This document shows, one piece after another, positions 52,053-61,817 of a stretch of 64,000 nt of DNA. This DNA is from an uncultured Candidatus Rokubacteria bacterium. GTDB taxonomy: Bacteria; Methylomirabilota; Methylomirabilia; Rokubacteriales; CSP1-6. The stretch covers positions 64,001 to 128,000 of the forward strand of contig CAVWFS010000018.1 in NCBI GenBank assembly GCA_963754315.1. The letters are read 5' to 3'. Position 1 is the stretch's first letter; each line of letters begins with the position of its first letter. The translations under genes and the position numbers were made by a program. Under the pieces are notes generated by a model that did no database searches, had not been told where the DNA came from, and worked only from the letters and a program-made list of their open reading frames with translations.

Positions 52053-53702
52053 TCAGTAGATCGGCCGGCCCGCACTCGTGTAGTCTCGCGGCGGCGCGAC
52101 GGGAGTGCGCGCGAGCCAGGCGGCGATGTCGCCCGTGTCCCTGATGGAGCCGCGCAGAATCGCCAGCACGAGGTCGTGCGTGACCAAGGTGCTGAACACG
52201 GCGTCTACGTGCGCTGCGCGGCCACCGTCAGGTGGCCGCACGAGGAACGGCACCCGGTGGTCCTCCTGGGCATCGTAGCGCTTCGACGCTCTCCACCACT
52301 GAGCGGCGCTCACGACGAGCCAGGTGCGGTCGCCGAGGCCCGCGCGCTGGAGGCCGCGTCGCAGGTTGGTGATCATCCTGTCGACCAGCGCCAGGTTGTC
52401 GAGATAGCCTCCGCCGGCGCCGGTGAAGTTCCACGGCGTGAGACGTGCGGTGGCGCGATCGTAGATGCCGGGCGGGCGTGGAACGGGTAGGTGAAGCAGC
52501 ACGAGCCCGAAGCGATCGTCGGCGGCGGTGCGGATTGCCAGATCGCCAAGCTCCGTGGCTCTCTGGGAGACCAGCCGGCGGACGTTCGCCGGCGGCGCCA
52601 GGCTGCCCCATTGGTTCAAGAGCGTCTGGCCGAACGTGTCGCCGCGCGCCTGTTCGTGGGTGTGGGACGGCCTCCAGTCCGCAAGTCCGAGCGAGCCGCC
52701 GAGGACACGAGGGTACGGCAGGTGCCAGCCGATCACGGCCGTGTCGTAACCCATGGCGCGCGCGCGCGCGAAGACGTTCGGATGAGCGCTCCATCGCACC
52801 GCCTTGCCGTCGCTGAATGTGAGCTCGAGGTCGTTCGGGCTCACCGGCGTGACGGCGACGACCGGGCGGCCGGTGATGAGCGCAGGCATCGAGACTTCCG
52901 ATACACCCGCCGGCGGGCGCGCGGCGTCGGCATAGAGCGACTCGCGGCGCAGACGATCCAGTTCCGGTAGCTCGAGACCCGTCGGTCGCGCCTCGAACGT
53001 GATCCGCTGATCCAGTTCTTCCAGCACGAGCCAGACGACGCGCCGAAGACTTGGCGGGGCCCGGCCAAGGGGGGCGGGATCGGCCGTACGCCACACGGGA
53101 CCGGCTGCCACCTCGAGGAACATCCATAGAGCGTGTCCCAGGGTGAGCACCGCCAGCGGTGATGCGCCCAGGGCCAGACCTCGAATCACGCGCAGGGCTC
53201 GATCGGGCCAACCGAGTGATGCCGCGAGCATCAGGACGGTGAGGGCCAGCAGCCCGGGGCCGCCGATCGCGTCCATCCATCGGTCGATGGTCGCGTGTGT
53301 CATGCGCACGAAATTCAGCGCGATCAGGAGCGTGGCCGCGGCCGTGAGGGCGGCGAGGCGCCGCCCGGCCGGCCGTCGGACGTGTCGGATCATCTGCGCA
53401 CACAGGAAGCCGATGGCGGTAAGCCCGACGATGTTGAGCAGGAACGCCCAGAGCACCGGGGCAGCGAGAGGCGCCCGGTTGTAGAAGCCCCAGTCCGCGA
53501 GGAACAACACCTCGCGGCGCGCCTGGCTGAACCAGAGCGTGGCAACGGAGAGGCATGCGAGGAGGTCGACGGTGCGTTCGCGTCGAGTGGACCCGCGGCG
53601 ATCGGGGGCGGGCGAGGCAGGTTTGCGGACGTCGCGGTACCACCACAGCCGTTCGGCAACGGACCGGTCGTCCGGGCTACCGCGGGGATCGACGCTGGAC
53701 AT
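52053..53702 (-). CDS. Membrane-anchored alkaline phosphatase/sulfatase-superfamily protein with degenerate metal site
   Basis: About five N-terminal TMs; VVWLVLEELD, SMPALITG, YLDNLALVD, HRVPFLV. Confidence 0.72.
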   Translation of the reverse strand: MSSVDPRGSPDDRSVAERLWWYRDVRKPASPAPDRRGSTRRERTVDLLACLSVATLWFSQARREVLFLADWGFYNRAPLAAPVLWAFLLNIVGLTAIGFLCAQMIRHVRRPAGRRLAALTAAATLLIALNFVRMTHATIDRWMDAIGGPGLLALTVLMLAASLGWPDRALRVIRGLALGASPLAVLTLGHALWMFLEVAAGPVWRTADPAPLGRAPPSLRRVVWLVLEELDQRITFEARPTGLELPELDRLRRESLYADAARPPAGVSEVSMPALITGRPVVAVTPVSPNDLELTFSDGKAVRWSAHPNVFARARAMGYDTAVIGWHLPYPRVLGGSLGLADWRPSHTHEQARGDTFGQTLLNQWGSLAPPANVRRLVSQRATELGDLAIRTAADDRFGLVLLHLPVPRPPGIYDRATARLTPWNFTGAGGGYLDNLALVDRMITNLRRGLQRAGLGDRTWLVVSAAQWWRASKRYDAQEDHRVPFLVRPPDGGRAAHVDAVFSTLVTHDLVLAILRGSIRDTGDIAAWLARTPVAPPRDYTSAGRPIY

Positions 53703-53734
53703 CCTCGATCCTCACCAGCACTGAAACGCTGCGC

Positions 53735-54574
53735 TCAGTGCATCACCACTCCCCCGTCGACGTTCCATGCCTGGCCGGTGATGTGATCGCTCTCCGCGGA
53801 CGCGAAGAACAGGGCCAGGCGGGCGATGTCGTCGGGACGAGCGACGCGACCAGTGGGAGGAAGAGACAGCACCGGGGCAGCCGCGTCGCGCTCGGCCAGG
53901 GCGCGCTCGCGCCGCGAGGTTGATTCGCGACGGCTGGTGTCGACGCTGCCGGGGCAGATGGCGTTGACGGTGATGCCGTGCGCGGCCAGCTCCTGGGCCA
54001 TGGCCTGAGTGAGGCCGATGACACCGAACTTCGAAGCCGTGTAGGCGCCTCGCCGAGAGGTGCCTCGCTTCCCCGAGACGGAGGCCATGTTGATGATCCG
54101 CCCGCTTCCGCGTGACAGCATGTGGGGAATCACGGCGCGGCTCATCAAGAACGTCCCCTTGAGGTTGACGTCGATGACGAGATCCCAGGCTTCCTCCGGC
54201 ACTTCCCAGAGCAGCCGACGATCGGCACCGTGCGGGGCAGCGGCGTTGTTGACGAGGACGTCGATGCGGCCGAACTGCGCGAGAGTGTCCGAGACGAAGC
54301 GCTCGGCGTCGGCAGCGCGGCTGACGTCACCGATGAACGTCAGGATGCGGCGCCCGAGGCCCTGGATCTCTCCGGCCAGGCTCTCGAGGCCCTTCCACCC
54401 GAGACGGATTTCTGCGAGCCCTTCCTCGTTTTCGTTCCGCGTCCCTGCGGACGCCACGTCCGTCGCGACGACGTCGGCCCCGGCACGGGCGAACGCGACG
54501 CAGATTGCCCGTCCCATCCCTTGCGCCCGTGCACACCCAGTGATCAGCACGACCTTGCCGTCGAATTCGCTCAC
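53735..54574 (-). CDS. SDR family oxidoreductase
   Basis: TGCARAQGMG, NNAA, YTASK. Confidence 0.9.
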   Translation of the reverse strand: MSEFDGKVVLITGCARAQGMGRAICVAFARAGADVVATDVASAGTRNENEEGLAEIRLGWKGLESLAGEIQGLGRRILTFIGDVSRAADAERFVSDTLAQFGRIDVLVNNAAAPHGADRRLLWEVPEEAWDLVIDVNLKGTFLMSRAVIPHMLSRGSGRIINMASVSGKRGTSRRGAYTASKFGVIGLTQAMAQELAAHGITVNAICPGSVDTSRRESTSRRERALAERDAAAPVLSLPPTGRVARPDDIARLALFFASAESDHITGQAWNVDGGVVMH

Positions 54575-54771
54575 CGGAGCACCTCCTTGCTCAAGGCCGT
54601 CGCACCGCTGGCGGCCGTGCGATCTGCCTCACGTGCACAGCGGTGGGTCGCTGTCCTCTGGGCCCCTCCATGGCGGGTAGCATACGCGAGTCCCCCTCTT
54701 GGCACCCGGACGCGGGTGGACTAATCTAGCGGCCAGAACAGCCCCGATACCATTGGCCGGGAGGACATCAC

Positions 54772-56241
54772 ATGAGCTCTGAAGGGCATCCGACCGCGAA
54801 CCAGATCCGTTCCCGCCTGAGCCATCCTGTGATCGACGGGGATGGCCACTGGGTCGAATTCGACCCCGTCTTCAGCGAGCGTATGCGAAAGGTGGGCGGT
54901 GACAGGGCCGCTGACGGTTTCCTGGCCGCGATGCAGACCACGCGCGACGCGCTGAGCATGCCGCTGGCCGAGCGCAAGCGACGGCGCATCGCCCAGCCGG
55001 CATTCTGGAGCCGGCAGGCCGAGAATACGCTCGACCGCGCCACGGCCATGATGCCGCGCCTGCTTTACGAGCGCCTCGACGAGTTTGGCACCGATTTCGC
55101 GGTCGTCTATCCGACGGCCGGTCTGCGCCTGCCGCGCATCGGCGACGACGAGACTCGCCGTGCGGTCGTCCGCGCCCACAACGTCGTCACCGCCGAGTAC
55201 TTCCGCGATCTTGGCGATCGGATGACCCCGGCCGCCATCATTCCCATGCACACCCCGGACGAGGCCATCGCCGAGCTCGAGTACGTGACCAGGGAGCTGG
55301 GGGCAAAGGTGGGAATGTTCGGCAGTGGAATGTCGCGGCGCGTGGCCTCGACGGGGACGACCGACGGCGATACCGCGCGTTTGGCCGTCTGGTACGACAT
55401 GTTGGCCCTCGATAGCGACTACGACTACGATCCCGTGTGGGCCAAGTGCCTCGAGGTCGGCATCGCGCCGACATTCCACAGCGCGGGTAGCAACCAGGGG
55501 CTGCGGCTATCGCCAAGCAACTTCGTCTACAACCACATCGGACACTTCGCCGCCGCCGGCCACGCCGTTTCCAAGGCCATCTTCCTGGGCGGGGTGACCC
55601 GGCGTTTCCCGGGTCTCCGCTTCGCCTTCCTCGAGGGCGGTGTCGGCTGGGCCTGCCAGCTATTTGGGGACCTCATCGAGCACTGGGAACGACGCAATGG
55701 CAGAGCACTCGAGCGCATGGATCCACGGAAACTCGATCGAGCGCTCCTGATGAGCTTGGTCGAGAAACACGGGGATGCCGACATGGTGGCGGCCCTTCAC
55801 GCTCGAGACGGTTGGCCCGACCACGACCCCGGGCTCACCGGCGGCATCGAGAACCTGGATGACTTCTCGGCCTGCCAGATCACGCGCAAGGAAGACTGGC
55901 TCGACCTGTACGCTCGACCCTTTTACTTCGGCTGCGAAGCCGACGATCGCACCAATGCCTGGGCCTTCAGCAAGGGCAACCCCTTCGGGTCAACGCTCAA
56001 CGCCCTCTACAGCTCGGACATCGGTCACTTCGACGTCATCGACATGCGTCATCCGCTGCCCGAGGCCTTCGAGCTCGTGGAGGATGGTCTGATCAGCCCC
56101 GACAACTTCCGCGACTTCACGTTTGCCAACGCTGTCCACCTGTGGGGAACGCAGAATCCACGGTTCTTCGAGGGGACTGCAGTGGCCTCGGCCGCCGCCG
56201 AGGAACTGACTCGGTCGCGCACCCCGGCGAGCACGCGCTAA
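54772..56241 (+). CDS. Amidohydrolase_2 family protein
   Basis: VIDGDGH, YDPVW, PTFH, FLEGGVGW, SSDIGH. Confidence 0.85.
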   Translation: MSSEGHPTANQIRSRLSHPVIDGDGHWVEFDPVFSERMRKVGGDRAADGFLAAMQTTRDALSMPLAERKRRRIAQPAFWSRQAENTLDRATAMMPRLLYERLDEFGTDFAVVYPTAGLRLPRIGDDETRRAVVRAHNVVTAEYFRDLGDRMTPAAIIPMHTPDEAIAELEYVTRELGAKVGMFGSGMSRRVASTGTTDGDTARLAVWYDMLALDSDYDYDPVWAKCLEVGIAPTFHSAGSNQGLRLSPSNFVYNHIGHFAAAGHAVSKAIFLGGVTRRFPGLRFAFLEGGVGWACQLFGDLIEHWERRNGRALERMDPRKLDRALLMSLVEKHGDADMVAALHARDGWPDHDPGLTGGIENLDDFSACQITRKEDWLDLYARPFYFGCEADDRTNAWAFSKGNPFGSTLNALYSSDIGHFDVIDMRHPLPEAFELVEDGLISPDNFRDFTFANAVHLWGTQNPRFFEGTAVASAAAEELTRSRTPASTR

Positions 56242-56348
56242 GGCCAGTCAGGCTCTGTTGCCCAAGCTGCGCCCAGCGAGCGCAGCTTGGGCACACGGTG
56301 GGGAGCGGCCGCCGACCGCGGCACGCAGCTGCGAGGGGGATTGCCCAC

Positions 56349-56705
56349 ATGGACGAGGTCGTGATCGAGACGGCAACGGGACTCGGGTACGTCGAACTTG
56401 TCGAGGGTACCGGCGTCCGGCCCAAAACCGGTGACTCGGTGAGCGTCCACTACACTGGCTGGCTCAAGAGCGGCCAGAAGTTCGACTCGTCTCACGACCG
56501 CGGCGAACCGCTCGTCTTCCCTGTCGGACGCGGGCGGGTCATCAAGGGCTGGGACGAGGGCGTGGGCTCCATGAAGGTCGGGGGAAAGCGAAAGCTCATC
56601 ATTCCCGCCCATCTCGGCTATGGCGAGCAAGGGGCCGGGCGCGTCATTCCCCCCGGCGCCACCCTCATCTTCGAGGTGGAGCTGCTCGGGGTCACCCCAG
56701 CCTGA
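56349..56705 (+). CDS. FKBP-type peptidyl-prolyl isomerase
   Basis: VHYTG, FDSS, VIKGWDEG, IPPGATLIFEVELL. Confidence 0.95.
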   Translation: MDEVVIETATGLGYVELVEGTGVRPKTGDSVSVHYTGWLKSGQKFDSSHDRGEPLVFPVGRGRVIKGWDEGVGSMKVGGKRKLIIPAHLGYGEQGAGRVIPPGATLIFEVELLGVTPA

Positions 56706-56729
56706 TTGTCATACTCGATGTCCCTCAAT

Positions 56730-57110
56730 TCATTCCTGGCCGAGTCGAGGATGGATTTCCGGGATGATTTCGACGGGGCGGATCTCGAAAGGGCCGCCGA
56801 GCCGGACGCCTGGATGCTTCGACATCAAGGCGACGGCGTGGTCCATGTCCCGGGCTTCCAGAAGCAGGAGCCCACCCAGCTGCTCCTTGGTTTCGGCGAA
56901 GGGGCCGTCTGTCACCAACACCTTGCCGCCCTGCCAGCGGAGGGTCTTGGCGGTTCGCACGCTCTGCAGTGCTTCCCCGCCGGCAAAGTGACCATTCTGA
57001 CGAAGCACGTCGTCATAGGCAAAGCACTCCTGCATCAGGGATTCTTGCTCGCTTGGCGACATTGCGTCCCATCGCTTCTCGTCCATGTAGCCTAGGCAGA
57101 GAAATCTCAC
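56730..57110 (-). CDS. YciI/DGPF family protein
   Basis: [19 protein letters not shown]. Confidence 0.9.
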   Translation of the reverse strand: MRFLCLGYMDEKRWDAMSPSEQESLMQECFAYDDVLRQNGHFAGGEALQSVRTAKTLRWQGGKVLVTDGPFAETKEQLGGLLLLEARDMDHAVALMSKHPGVRLGGPFEIRPVEIIPEIHPRLGQE

Positions 57111-57192
57111 AGCGTCCTCCCTCGGGGCTCTCTGTCACTAGTCGTACGTTGCGGCTCCGAATCGACAGGCGGCCGCGGGATCGTGATGAGGG

Positions 57193-57624
57193 TCAGCGGT
57201 TTCGACACTGCCCGTCGTGGTAGGCGGCGGCGGCGCACGTCTTGCCGTTCCGGAACGTGCATGCTCCCGCTTCCTCACGCGTATTGCTGCCGCTCGTGAC
57301 GGTGTATTGGCCACCGGTGATCGCGCAGTAGCGGGCGGCGGCGGTCACGTAGCCGGCCACTCTGATGCCCCCAGCCGGGCATTCTCCGCGGAGCATGGCC
57401 CACTCTTCACACTGACGATTGTCGAGAAAGGAGCAGACCCCGTATTCGGCTCCTGCCCGGTTCTTGTGGATGGACAGGGTGCCGCCCTGTTGGAGGCAGT
57501 GCTGGGATGCCGGATTCGCGAGCCCCGGCGAAATCGACGCCACGCCGCTCGACGTGGGTGGATTCGGCAGCACGCAGGCCGTCACGAGACTGGTAGATGC
57601 GAACGAGAGCGCCACCCTGCGCAA
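57193..57624 (-). CDS. DUF333 (putative hemolysin-like) domain lipoprotein; start approximate
   Basis: Lipobox VTA-C; LANPASQHCLQQGG, CEEWAMLRGEC; second Cys repeat YCAITGG. Confidence 0.8.
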   Translation of the reverse strand: MRRVALSFASTSLVTACVLPNPPTSSGVASISPGLANPASQHCLQQGGTLSIHKNRAGAEYGVCSFLDNRQCEEWAMLRGECPAGGIRVAGYVTAAARYCAITGGQYTVTSGSNTREEAGACTFRNGKTCAAAAYHDGQCRNR

Positions 57625-57649
57625 CCACCTGCAGGTCCTGGATCGAACC

Positions 57650-59359
57650 TCAGCCACCCAGATCGCGATGCGCATCGGCGAGCAAACGCGTGAAGTGCTC
57701 GGGCACGACAATCTCGCGCCCGATGACAGCCGGGCTGTATCCTTGCAGCCAGTAGCTGTTGGTCGGATGGCCGCCGCCGGCCACGATGAGGACGAAGTTG
57801 TCAGCTGAGGCGGTGATTGGCCACGGGTCCTGGGTCAGGCTGGCGCGCGTGACGGGGCTGGCGTCGATTTCGATCCAGGCCTGGCCGCCGGCCCTGCGCA
57901 GATGCTCGCTGGGGATTCTCGAGTACTGCCAGAAGAACTCGCGCATCGAGCGCTTGCTCCAGCCGAGCCCGGTCATGGCCTGGACCACCACGCCGGGGAT
58001 CATGAGGACCCCGGGGGTACCGCGTTCGTATCCGGCCAGTCCGGCCAGATTCGGCATGCGCATGAAATCCGCCATGCGGTACATGCCCTGGAGTGCGTCC
58101 TCCTCGGGCGTCTCCTTCTTGGCGCCCCGACGCCTGATATTGGTGGCGCCGTTCGCGAAGGCGAGCGAGATCGAGTTGCACCCGGGCGCAAAGCCATGCC
58201 GTTCCGTTCCGTGGGCAGGCCAGCCGGCGGGGAGGTTCGCCTCGTCCTCGGCGAGGACAACGTTCGTGTAGCGCAGGCCTCCGTAGTTGGCCATGGTGCC
58301 CACTCCAGGCCGCGCGCCACCGACGTTCTGCTGCATGAGCCTCAGCGCGCGCCCGATGCTGGCGCCGGCCGGGTGCTGCGGATCGGGCCCGAGGCAGCCG
58401 AAGCCGGAGTTGAGCCGAATCTGCCCGCCGATCGGCCCATTGACGATGATCACCGGGAAGGCGCTACCCGATGCCGCCTGCAGCTGCTCGCTCCCAGAGT
58501 CGGGGTCGAGGAACGCGTCAACCGCCGCCACCAGCACCGGGAGATATTCGGGGCGCCCCCCGGCCATGGCCAACGCAATGGCGCACACCTCTACGGTTGC
58601 GAGCCCGCCACGCGGCGGGAACGTCCCGAGCAGGTGGGTACGTGGGAATGGGGTGCCTTGAAGGATCCAGTCCACGCGTTCACGGGTCGCCGGCCACAAG
58701 GGCAGGCCGTCGCCCCATAGCTTCGCCAGCATCACGTTGTTCGCGCGAACCAGGGCATCTTCAAACGTCGTCCCCTGAACGGAGACCATGGGATTTGCCG
58801 CACCTGCGTGGCGCGCGAGAGACGCTGTCCACCGGGTCAGGCCCTCGTAGAACTCGTGTTTGCGGGTCTCGACGCCGGTGATGTCGCTGCCCGGCAAGAA
58901 CAGTTCGATGGGGAAGATCACCATGGCCGCGTCCGGCGCGAGCCCGAGGCCGGAGACAGCATTGCGCATCACGCCCACGAAATCCGAGCGTGTCAGCGTG
59001 ACCGTCGGAATTCCCTGCGCTTCTAGCCTAGCGGCAGCACGGCCGCATGCGGTTGCGCAGGACCCTCAGGCGGCGTTGCCGATGATGACGCCGTCGACCC
59101 CGCTCCGCTTGACCTCGGCCGCCGTCTCCTCGGTCCCGATCAGGGCGTTGCCCTGCGGAAAGGCGTCGATGGGCAACACCTCGATCCCGGCGAAATCTCT
59201 CTCGAGGAGCGTTTTCAGGAGGGGCAGGGCGCGGTAGGCTTGCCACTGCTCGTTGCTGACGAAGCCAATGCGCTTGCCCGCGAGCGAGTCCAGCCGCGGC
59301 GCGTGCGGTTGCTTCACCTCGAGGCGGCCGCACGGGTCATGGAATTCGAGCGTGACCAT
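57650..59359 (-). CDS. UGSC-family selenoprotein fused to a ~440-aa partner domain (Sec at TGA 59066-59068; ~569 aa)
   Basis: ORFs 59066-59431 and 57650-58978 are in frame, joined by GNAA-TGA-GSCATACGRAAARLEAQGIPTV; RBS AGGAGG before ATG 59359. Confidence 0.88.
59011..59062 (-). promoter_or_regulatory. Candidate bacterial SECIS hairpin 3' of the in-frame UGA
   Basis: mRNA CCUGCGC...GCGCAGG lower stem and GCGGC-CGUGCU-GCCGC upper stem-loop, loop 24 nt after UGA. Confidence 0.6.
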
Positions 59360-59564
59360 GTTTCCTCCTGACATTCGATGCACGCGTGATCGTAGCACGG
59401 GGCTGTAAGCCGAGATCACCAGCATCACCAATTGGCCGACTGCGTGACACCAGGAACAGGGCGAGCATGAGCCCGGCTTCCAGGTACGGGTCGGTGCTCG
59501 GGTCGTTCTCGTCCCAGCGCACTAAGCGAGGATCGACATCTCTGCGTCGCTGGCTGAGTCGTTC

Positions 59565-59762
59565 TTAAAGGGGATCGTTGACTGGTTCGACAACTTCTCA
59601 GTGCTGCTGCGCCGTACCGACCATTCGCAGCTTGTCTACAAGAGCACGATCTCGACCATCGTGCCGCTCGCGCCAGTGCGGCTGTTCGACGGAGATAGAT
59701 GGCCGCAGCAGGCTAAAGCGCCGGATGCAACCGCGGGCTACCGACGCTCGATGCGCTCCTAG
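59565..59762 (+). pseudogene. hfq: 5'-truncated hfq (alphaproteobacterial type)
   Basis: [34 protein letters not shown]; in-frame TAA at 59523 and no ATG; N-terminal helix and first strand missing. Confidence 0.8.
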
Positions 59763-59815
59763 CGGCGCCGTTCATTGCGCTTGGGCGTGTACCCACAACC
59801 ACGGGCTCTGGCGAA

Positions 59816-59896
59816 ATGTCCGCTTCTTGAGGCGAAGCGGAAGGGGCCGATCGGCAAGGCCGCTGAAATCGGTAGCGAATGACCCAAAGCGCACAT
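59816..59896. repeat. Palindromic intergenic repeat element
   Basis: TCCGCTTC-N7-GAAGCGGA hairpin; terminal ATGTCCGCTT / AAGCGCACAT inverted repeat (1 mismatch). Confidence 0.55.
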
Positions 59897-60098
59897 CCAT
59901 CGATGGGCTGATCAACGTTCAGGGGTGATGCCCGGCCTACCGGGAGACCGACAGCCGGCCTCTGCAGCGATTGAGCATCGGTGCGTCGCGCGGACGCTGC
60001 AGTGCTGAGACGGTCTCACTAACACCCAAGAGGCGGCCTCCGTAAGCAAGCCGCTCCAAGCAGTTAAGTGCGCTCGCGCAGGCGGGCACCACGCCAAA

Positions 60099-61379
60099 TC
60101 ACTTCGGGGTTCCGACGTGTTTGAAGACCCAATCGGCCACCTTCGTTCCCTGCTCCCGACCTGCTACGTCAGCGAAACGGAAATGAATGCCTTGGTAGAT
60201 GCGCACATTGACCACATCGGTTTGCATGTCCGAGAAGCGGTTATAGGTGCGTGTCTTTTGCTTTGCCGGGGGAGATCCGCTCGTGACCGTGAAGGTCATG
60301 TCGTCTTTCCCGAAGAACAGCGCGAGCGTGTGAGTTATCGCCGCCGTGACCGCATTGGCACCCGAAGTGTAATCGGAATAGGGCGGATCGTTCAAGAAAG
60401 GCCGCCACGCAGGGTCGCCGGCCGTTGCTGGATTGCCGTCGTTCTCGCCTTGCTGGATGGCGGTACTCGGCCGCCAAAGACCAAAGTGCCTCTTGCTATC
60501 CCAGGCAGTGATGAGTGCGTCGGCGACCGCCATATTGACCAGGACCAACAAGCGAGAACTGTCATCGATATTCTTGACATGTTCCGCCGCAACACCACGG
60601 GCAACGCTCTGGAACGTCAGACAAAGGTGGTCCGAATGGTAGAAGTTGGCGAGTTCGGTCTGCTCCGGCGTGCGGGTACTGTTGATGGCGGCACCCACCG
60701 CCTTCACCTCGTCATAGTCCTTGGTGTATTGTTCGCTGGTCAAAGCCGGCGGCGGGTTTGACCGGAATTGGCTGCCACTCTGAATGGAGAAAGGCTTGGT
60801 TGTGCCCATCCATGACGAAGCCATCGGCGCATTCGCCGCTGGCGACGAGCGCCACTTTGGTACAACGTTTTCTCCGTAGAATGGAGGCGGCATCGGATTC
60901 GGTACACGTCCGTCATCGGCACGGAGGGCACTGATACCGGCCGCCGCCTTCTGGCCAACCGCCACTCCCGGGTCGTCTTCTTTCAGCCCCTTCTTGGTGA
61001 GGTATTCCTTGTAGGTGGTGTTGAGGGACGCAGCCTGCGTCGGGTAGAGGTTGACGAGCACATCGTGAGCGGCCTTGGCGGCTGCTGCCTCCTTCGACCC
61101 GGAGGCTCCGGGTGTTTGTACGTGGTACGGCTTGTACTTCCCGCCGATAGACTGGACAGCGTCGAAGACGGCGGCCTGGACAACCGCGAGATCGAGGAAG
61201 CCATGCGGTCCCGGCCGGAGTGGTGGGGTCGTCCTACAGAGGGTATCCGCAGCGATGGCCTGCCAATCGACAGCAGCATCCGCACGAGCAGCATCCGGCC
61301 AGCCGAGCGCCCCGAGTAAGGCCATGGTGCCCGCAACCACCCATCTATTCCAGTTCCAGCGTGTTGTGATGTCGTGCAT
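60099..61379 (-). CDS. Secreted vanadium-dependent haloperoxidase / PAP2-superfamily protein
   Basis: Signal peptide ending ARA; WDSK..WRP, YTSGA, RIYQGIHF. Confidence 0.85.
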   Translation of the reverse strand: MHDITTRWNWNRWVVAGTMALLGALGWPDAARADAAVDWQAIAADTLCRTTPPLRPGPHGFLDLAVVQAAVFDAVQSIGGKYKPYHVQTPGASGSKEAAAAKAAHDVLVNLYPTQAASLNTTYKEYLTKKGLKEDDPGVAVGQKAAAGISALRADDGRVPNPMPPPFYGENVVPKWRSSPAANAPMASSWMGTTKPFSIQSGSQFRSNPPPALTSEQYTKDYDEVKAVGAAINSTRTPEQTELANFYHSDHLCLTFQSVARGVAAEHVKNIDDSSRLLVLVNMAVADALITAWDSKRHFGLWRPSTAIQQGENDGNPATAGDPAWRPFLNDPPYSDYTSGANAVTAAITHTLALFFGKDDMTFTVTSGSPPAKQKTRTYNRFSDMQTDVVNVRIYQGIHFRFADVAGREQGTKVADWVFKHVGTPK

Positions 61380-61519
61380 TTCGCTTCTCCCCGTTTGGGT
61401 GGAACGCTTGCGCTTTACGCTACGCAATGATGAGGACGACCGCGCGTCACGGCATGGAGGGCGGCGCGCGGCGAGGGAAAGAGGCGTCGAACGCGCGCAT
61501 CCATGTTCCAGGGCCGGTC

Positions 61520-61633
61520 CAATGGGATTTCCGAAGAACAGGAAGCCGACAACCGGCAAGGACTGTGCGCCGCAACGTCACGCGGCAAATGCGCTGAGCC
61601 TCCGCCGAGAAGCAGCAAATTTCGGCGTCTCAT
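61520..61633 (-). pseudogene. N-terminal remnant of an ABC substrate-binding protein (ABC_sub_bind-like)
   Basis: MRRRNLLLLGG...(A)QSLPVVGFL with one frameshift, resembling the MRRREFI..LGG..AQ..PVVGFL N-terminus. Confidence 0.45.
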
Positions 61634-61817
61634 TCGCCCGACCAGCACATGCGTCGTATCTGCATTGCCGTCTCGCCTTCCTGGTGAAACGGTTGCACAA
61701 AGGATGCAATTCGTCAAGTTGATGATGCCGATCGACGCCATCATGCCGCGCAGATAGGGGCGGAGAGCATGAACGAGGCCCCTAGCCCGAAGGCGAGTGC
61801 CAAGATAAAGGGTCTAG

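Noticed and set aside
60017..60069. Integron attC-like site (ACTTAAC...GTTAGTG with inner inverted repeat) after the haloperoxidase
   Set aside because: Only 53 bp, imperfect R' box, no cassette array or integrase; could simply be a terminator-like hairpin
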